Assembly: GCA_000091205.1 (NCBI GenBank)
Contig: AP006497.2
Source: Cyanidioschyzon merolae
Taxonomy: Eukaryota
Length of the DNA stretch: 64,000 nucleotides
Strand: one strand, 5' to 3'
Positions within the stretch are counted from its first letter, which is position 1, and every line of letters starts with the position of its first letter. A program made the position numbers and the translations under genes. The notes beneath the pieces are model-generated. The model did not search any database. It worked only from the letters and a program-made list of their open reading frames with translations, and was not told the DNA's origin. Of this stretch, positions 58,534 to 64,000 are shown in pieces.

Positions 58534-60807
58534 TTAAGAAAGATGCACGTTTGCCTTAGTATCAATAGCCATGGCATCTGGTTCCGTTTCACCGTCTTCA
58601 TCAAGGTGAAATTCGAGCAGAATGTCGTCGGTTTGTGCCAACAGCTCATCCGTGACACGTAGATGGTCACGAGGTTGCTCCTCGGTGTGCGCTGCTGGTG
58701 ACTCTGACGCCATCGAATCTGGCTCGGGGATGATGATCCCCGTCGGCTGAACACGCGCGCGTTTTTCACGCTCTGCGGCTAGCAACTGCTCCAGACGAAT
58801 GACTACAAAATTCGGTACCTTCATGGCGGCTCCGACGTCGTTGGCTTGGCGCCAGTTCGAAATCGCAGCGATGTCGTCCTTCAGGCGTGCAACCAAAACA
58901 ACGAGGCGTTCGCGCAGGAATCTCGATTTGCTGGAACGCAGTAAGCGAATGAGCTGCTTCTGGATTGGGAAGGCCAACTCGGGAAACGCCGATTCTCGTA
59001 CGTAGAGCGTCAACCAATTCAAGAGCGAGTAGACAACTTCGTCTACAACAGCTTCACCGAAATTGCTGCTTTGAAGCACCGCATCCTGGATGCGAAGCAG
59101 ACGAGGCCAGTCGATGACGGGCACCTCGCGCCGGGCTGCGCCCTTTGTCGTTCGATCACATTCAACTTGGCCGAGCATTTCGAGCAAGGACGCGCAGAGT
59201 GGGACATAGCTATGCACCTCTCCAGCGAGACGAAGAAGCGCACGTATGCAGGCAAAGCGTGCCCCGAATAGGCGCGCGCTCCGCAGGCCGTCAATCAGAA
59301 TGAGCACGATTTGCAGGTACGGGAAGCGAAGCGATGCCAGTTGCTCGTGAACGGCAAGAACATGGGACCACCATTCAACAGCATGGATGAAGGACCAGTT
59401 CAGAATGGCCTCGCAATCGCAACCTCGACCAGATGACAGTGCTTTGCGCACCTGGAAACCCAGTTCCTGAACTTCACCGAATGCAACGCGGTAGGATGCA
59501 TCACCGGACTCGGCGAAAAGCTCCCGTGCGCTTTGTAGGCAGAAATCCATCGACGCTGCTGTTCGCGGATTCCGGCTCTTAAATGTTTGCGTGAACGTCC
59601 GATAGCATTCCCGCAGTACGACCTGTGCGATACACGGTTGAAGGTTGCCGAGCAAGGCGCGTAGCGTCGCATGCACCTGCGAGCGAATCATGATGAGCTC
59701 CTCAGGGCGAGCCCAGATGATAGTGAGATCGCGGATCAGGGTCTTGCTCCACTTGGGCAAGAGTGGTAGAAAATGTGCAAGCTTTTCAATTCGACGAATC
59801 AAGTAGCACTTGGTCAGTGGATCCCGAACCAGCGCGAACAAGGAAGAAAAGCACATTCCATATGAGAGCATGAGCCGCCGGTATCGCTGCCACTCTGGAT
59901 CGTTGGGATCCAGGTCACGCAGTTTGGCTCCCAGGTGGCGCTGCAGCACAGCGGGCACTGCTACAATAGCGAAGAGCATGACACGATGTCTTGCATCAGC
60001 ATCAGCAAACGATCCGATCCGCGCCTGGTCGCTGTTCCCAGCTGGTACATCCCGTTCACGCACCAGGTGAGAGAGCACGCTGACCAGCCTTCGCAAGGCG
60101 GCCATGCGTTTCGACGGGCGCATAAGTTCGCGGCGTATGCGCTGTATCCAGGATACGTCGAGGCGCAATCGTTTGGCGTCATGTCGCGTGGGACGTGTCG
60201 CAGACTGCTCTAGAGCATCGAGGCGATGCGCTTCGTATGTGTCGCTTGTGGCATGATCTGCAGGTCCCGATGCCGAGCTGGACGCGTCTGACGCTGCGCT
60301 CGCCTGGTCGGATTCGGCACTGCTGCTAGCGTTCCCATCGGCCACGGTTGCCTTGCTTGCCTCACTTTCGCCGAACCGCAACAGCGCATCGTCATGTGAT
60401 CGCAAATAGGCATAGAATTCAGGGTCCTGCTTCTGAAGGTTGACCAGCTCTTGCTGATGTGCCGCGACTGGATCCAAGTCCACGAGACTGGTTTCAGTCT
60501 CGTAGTCTTCAGAGAGTCCCGAAGTGCCCGAGGCATTTCTGGAGTTGTTGTTGCGTTGGCGAGCTGCCGGCGCTTCTAGAGCTCTTGTTGCACCAGCGAA
60601 GGCGCCACCATCGGCCGCAAGTCGGCGTCGTTTGTGGCCTGTGTGGTCTCGTTTTAACTCGCGCTTGCGTCGAGCGTCCAACGAGCCTTTTTGCGGTGCA
60701 TCCGAGGACAGCGTACGCTTGGAGGCTGAGTGGCGACGCTTCGGTTCCTGCCACGCCACACGTCCAGAGCGTTTATAGAGTTCTTGAGGAGGATGCTTCG
60801 ATCCCAT
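58534..60807 (-). CDS. NOC2: NOC2 (nucleolar complex protein 2, pre-60S biogenesis).
   Basis: It has a basic N terminus and an acidic stretch. The Noc2-domain C-terminal blocks are ...FPYLQIV..L....RSARLFGARF.C....L.L......Y.PL...LLE.L and SAFPELAFPIQKQLIRLLRSSKSRFLRERLVVLVARLKDDIAAISNWRQ. The track start at 60945 is GTG. The first ATG is at 60807. Confidence 0.75.
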   Translation of the reverse strand: MGSKHPPQELYKRSGRVAWQEPKRRHSASKRTLSSDAPQKGSLDARRKRELKRDHTGHKRRRLAADGGAFAGATRALEAPAARQRNNNSRNASGTSGLSEDYETETSLVDLDPVAAHQQELVNLQKQDPEFYAYLRSHDDALLRFGESEASKATVADGNASSSAESDQASAASDASSSASGPADHATSDTYEAHRLDALEQSATRPTRHDAKRLRLDVSWIQRIRRELMRPSKRMAALRRLVSVLSHLVRERDVPAGNSDQARIGSFADADARHRVMLFAIVAVPAVLQRHLGAKLRDLDPNDPEWQRYRRLMLSYGMCFSSLFALVRDPLTKCYLIRRIEKLAHFLPLLPKWSKTLIRDLTIIWARPEELIMIRSQVHATLRALLGNLQPCIAQVVLRECYRTFTQTFKSRNPRTAASMDFCLQSARELFAESGDASYRVAFGEVQELGFQVRKALSSGRGCDCEAILNWSFIHAVEWWSHVLAVHEQLASLRFPYLQIVLILIDGLRSARLFGARFACIRALLRLAGEVHSYVPLCASLLEMLGQVECDRTTKGAARREVPVIDWPRLLRIQDAVLQSSNFGEAVVDEVVYSLLNWLTLYVRESAFPELAFPIQKQLIRLLRSSKSRFLRERLVVLVARLKDDIAAISNWRQANDVGAAMKVPNFVVIRLEQLLAAEREKRARVQPTGIIIPEPDSMASESPAAHTEEQPRDHLRVTDELLAQTDDILLEFHLDEDGETEPDAMAIDTKANVHLS

Positions 60808-63218
60808 CGGCGAGCTTTCTCCTTCAAGTTTTAGAAGTGCAAGACAAAAATCTTGTTTGTGACGTCGTTTGATCCAACCTAGTGCACGGCGGGAGAAACA
60901 ATATTCCCTGTCACCCGAGCGGAGCTCCGCAGAAAACTGACTCACTTTGATCTGAGGCTAACAACGGTGCCTTGCCTACAGGTATAATCCGTGACCTGCG
61001 AGGTTCTCGCGAGAGCCTGATCGCGCCTGGTGACTCGATTCTCTTCGGGCCCTGGTGAGGCCGCCTCACAGACTCGCCGCGCTCACTGCTCCGGAGTGAT
61101 CAACGACGATGCGGTAAGACTCTTATGCGACTTCTTCAAACCGTACAGCACTCAATCCCTCTGAAAAATTATCGCACCAGAGCTGCAGCCCGTAGGAAAG
61201 CAACGTGGCGAGCACCGACCCTAAACGGCCAGGTCTAGCGAAAACACCGTGGTTTGCGGCGCTATGGCTTGGGCGCTTCCGCGTTCGGGTTTAGGCATTT
61301 CGCCGTTGTCGCTTCTGCGGAAGCGCTTTTGCCAAGCACCAATTGTTCCCGGGGAAACGCGCTAAGCGTTGCACTTGCCACGCCAGCTTCACTCGGGCGA
61401 GTACCTGGAATCGGAACACCAGTCACGTTGAGCACGGTCACAAACGAATACTGCAGGTAAAGACTTTGGGTTCTTTGCACAAGATTGCGTTGCTTGGGTC
61501 AGTCATGCGTCGCTGACGCCGTTCCTCCATAGACGCAGCAGTCGAGGCGTTTAGCCCAGTGCAGAGCAGCTCCCCAACGATCGAGAAACAAAACCTCTGT
61601 ACTTCTTCGCAGAAGAAGAAAAGCGCGCAATGTCCCGTTTCTGCTGTCGAAGGCGAGAGCTCGCACGCTCATATTGGGTTGCCCCGGCGAGCGTTCACGT
61701 GCTGCCATTAAGCGCTGGATGACCACACGGGGGTTCGTGCGTCGACGTACGGTTACGTCACAGGGCGAACATCCGTAGACGTCGTCTCTGATCCTTAGCA
61801 GAGCGGCTGGTATTTTAGAACTCGTTCACCACGATTGACATCTAGTAAGGATTCAACGGCTCACGTGTGTGGCTGGGATGCGTCCTGCGTGCTTCGGGCT
61901 AGCGCGAAGCCTACCATCCGCCTCAGCGTTTTGGAATCGCCGCTTGCTGCGACCTGTTTCCGAACGAATGAATCCGCGGCGACGTATCGCGACCGGGGTG
62001 TTTTCAGGTTACCAACGAGGAGCCGCAAGTAGCCAAAGATGGTATCATAGAGTGCGCTTCGGATGCCTGTGTATCGTCGAGCGCATCGGCGAACTGGCAC
62101 CGTTCTGCATTCAGGCTAATGCCGAGCTGCACATTCTCCGAGACCTTCAGGTCTACGTACCACGAGGTCTTGCGAACCACCAGGAATCCTCTTTCTCATC
62201 AGATGAACTCAACATGGACTTTGGCTTTAGCGATCGATCCATCTTATCCGGCGATGGCTCTTCGGCGAGCGGCACTGAGGTCCTCTCTTCGCGTGGTGTC
62301 AAGACGAAGAGTCCAACAAGCTGGCCAGGGGTTTCGGGACGATCCATGGCCCTTCATCTTAAGAGCGACTCGTCAGCGGCATTGCCATTCGAAAAGGGAG
62401 CGTGCGCTTTTGCCGAATGCTTGCGTACCTCTATCGAAGGTCTGTGTGCATGTGACGCAACCTCGCGGATCCGCCACAGCGCCACGACCCGATGCACTCA
62501 TGGAGTGATTTCTACTCGTACTTCCAGGCAAAAGTGCGGACAGGAACCCATGCGTCCCATTTTCTTGGCGATCATCCCATTCGGTGACCGTTACCACTCG
62601 GCTGAGAAAACCGGATGCGAGCACCAAAACCGCCTCCTATCGAGTGCATGAACAGATGTAAATGTGCGGATGACGTAGACCCCGCCCAAACAACCCATAC
62701 CATCGACAAGAGAACAGATATGAGGATGGTGAAACGCCCTATTCTGTGGAGAAGAACGGTGGTGGTCGCTTCCCTGGTTTCCGCGAGCGGTCGTGTCTCC
62801 GGGGGCATCCGCTGAGACGCGACAATCCTCCACTACGGAAAACAAAGCATTGGTGCCCCGGTGAATCGCGTGCGCCACAGCGCGCGTCATGAGCCGGTTC
62901 GATGTGCACACAGATCCCAAGTCTCCTTTTGATCCAATTTTACCCAGCAGGAGCGGTGGGTACTGCACCTCCCTATGCACATGGGTCCAGTTTCGTCATG
63001 CACTTTCAGGGCGGATAAGCAAAGCTCGCTTCCGTAGTCGCTCTGCGTTTGCTACGCTTCAGGTACAAGTAGCGTGCAAGCTGTCTGATCCCGTCATGTT
63101 TCTGGTGACAAAAAATTATCTAGCAGTACGCTTGTCGATCCGTGCAGAGGGAAACGCAGCGTTCACTCGAACGGTTTCGCAGAGAGGCAGGCTTCGAAGC
63201 GAACGTAACCGCTGGAGT

Positions 63219-63854
63219 ATGCACCACAGAGGCAGCGGCTTTGGGGCTAGGGCGCCAGTCACTGCAGACAGCTCCTCACGTAAAGAGCGAAACGTGCTGC
63301 GTTCTTTCGCCACTGCAGCGCTGGTAGCGCTGATGGCCGTTTCCAGTTTCAACTCGCCACTGAAACTTTACCGGCCGGCGTTCGCTGAGGAGGTTTTCAA
63401 GGTACCCGGAGGTGGTGCCTCTACTCTCGCAACAGGCACCTCAAAAATCGTCACAAGAGGCGTCAACTTGGAAGGAGCAAACTTTGCAAAGCAAGACTTA
63501 CACGGGGTCTCGTTTCAGCAGAGCATTGTGCGGGATGTCGACTTTTCCGGAAGCAACCTGCAGGATGCTTCGTTTTTTGATGCGGACTGTAGCGGAGCAA
63601 ACTTTCAGAATGCCAACCTCTCGCGAGCAAATCTGGAGCTCGCAAACTTACGCAAGGCGGATCTCAGAAACGCAATACTCACGAATGCCTATGTCGTTGG
63701 GCAGACCAAACTCGAAGGCATACAGATCGAGGGTTCCGACTGGACCGATGTTCTGCTTCGACCCGATCAACGACGGTTGCTATGTAAGCGAGCCTCCGGG
63801 GAGAACCCTGTGACACACATTGCGACCAAAGACTCGCTCGGTTGCGCGGATTAG
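63219..63854 (+). CDS. Pentapeptide-repeat protein with a lumenal-type targeting segment, resembling a thylakoid lumenal 15-17 kDa pentapeptide protein.
   Basis: It carries at least 8 consecutive A(D/N)LxG-type pentapeptides ([77 protein letters not shown]). They are preceded by the hydrophobic segment [15 protein letters not shown] and an A-x-A-like site (PAFAEE). The ORF-track start at 62889 (ATG) would give a presequence of about 170 aa. An internal ATG at 63219 is more plausible. Confidence 0.6.
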   Translation: MHHRGSGFGARAPVTADSSSRKERNVLRSFATAALVALMAVSSFNSPLKLYRPAFAEEVFKVPGGGASTLATGTSKIVTRGVNLEGANFAKQDLHGVSFQQSIVRDVDFSGSNLQDASFFDADCSGANFQNANLSRANLELANLRKADLRNAILTNAYVVGQTKLEGIQIEGSDWTDVLLRPDQRRLLCKRASGENPVTHIATKDSLGCAD

Positions 63855-64000
63855 GTAGGTGCATGCTCTGGGGAGTGATTTGGAGTAGGTATGTGCCTTG
63901 TCGTCAACCAGACAATCCGACACCAGTCGGTTTAGAGCTGACGCAGAATGTTTTTGCAAATGTCGCTCGTCGGAATACTAGGAAAGTTGCCGGCGTTTCA

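Noticed and set aside
1-64000. A prokaryotic-style defence or operon system was considered, as was treating ORF-track first residues as real starts.
   Set aside because: Every assignable gene has a eukaryotic nuclear homologue, genes are monocistronic with divergent or convergent arrangement, and there are no RBS or operon signatures. Track start codons are frequently TTG/GTG/CTG, so I re-derived starts from the first in-frame ATG for the main genes; a few (for example the YbaB, thylakoid-lumen and Pelota starts) remain uncertain.

Overview
This 64 kb window looks like nuclear DNA from a GC-rich, intron-poor photosynthetic eukaryote. Most genes are single long ORFs with clear eukaryotic homologues, several gene products look plastid- or thylakoid-directed, and CPI1 implies a cycloartenol-type sterol pathway. 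The exact lineage cannot be fixed from sequence alone. I see no prokaryotic operons and no CRISPR array.

About 22 protein-coding genes can be assigned by eye:
- Pelota/Dom34
- an ABHD-type alpha/beta hydrolase
- a class I SAM-methyltransferase
- a DUF2838/GPC1-like membrane protein
- a YbaB/EbfC homologue
- two divergently arranged secreted Hedgehog-type Hint (Hog) proteins
- a DnaJ-like zinc-finger protein with a twin-arginine motif
- a heat-shock factor (HSF)
- COQ4
- SDA1
- an ABCD-type ABC half-transporter with disruptions
- tRNase Z (long form, ELAC2-like)
- UTP10/HEATR1
- cycloeucalenol cycloisomerase (CPI1)
- an XMAP215/MOR1 TOG-domain protein
- proteasome subunit alpha type-3 (PSMA3)
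- NOC2
- a pentapeptide-repeat thylakoid-lumen protein

Non-genic content includes:
- three degraded copies of a TnpB/Fanzor-like nuclease C-terminal module (RuvC-II, zinc finger, RuvC-III), one sitting next to an AT-rich island
- a dispersed repeat of about 550 bp in two copies, one with a 3 x 75 bp internal tandem expansion
- a 92 bp x 7.6 minisatellite in the bidirectional promoter between tRNase Z and UTP10
- a short motif present in three copies
- many coding trinucleotide repeats, including a run of seven consecutive ATG codons

The supplied ORF track uses non-ATG starts (TTG/GTG/CTG shown as M), so I re-derived gene starts by hand from the first in-frame ATG for the main genes; several others remain uncertain and are flagged per feature. 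Blocks at 7.5-9.9 kb and 16.4-20.5 kb contain no ORF I can assign.
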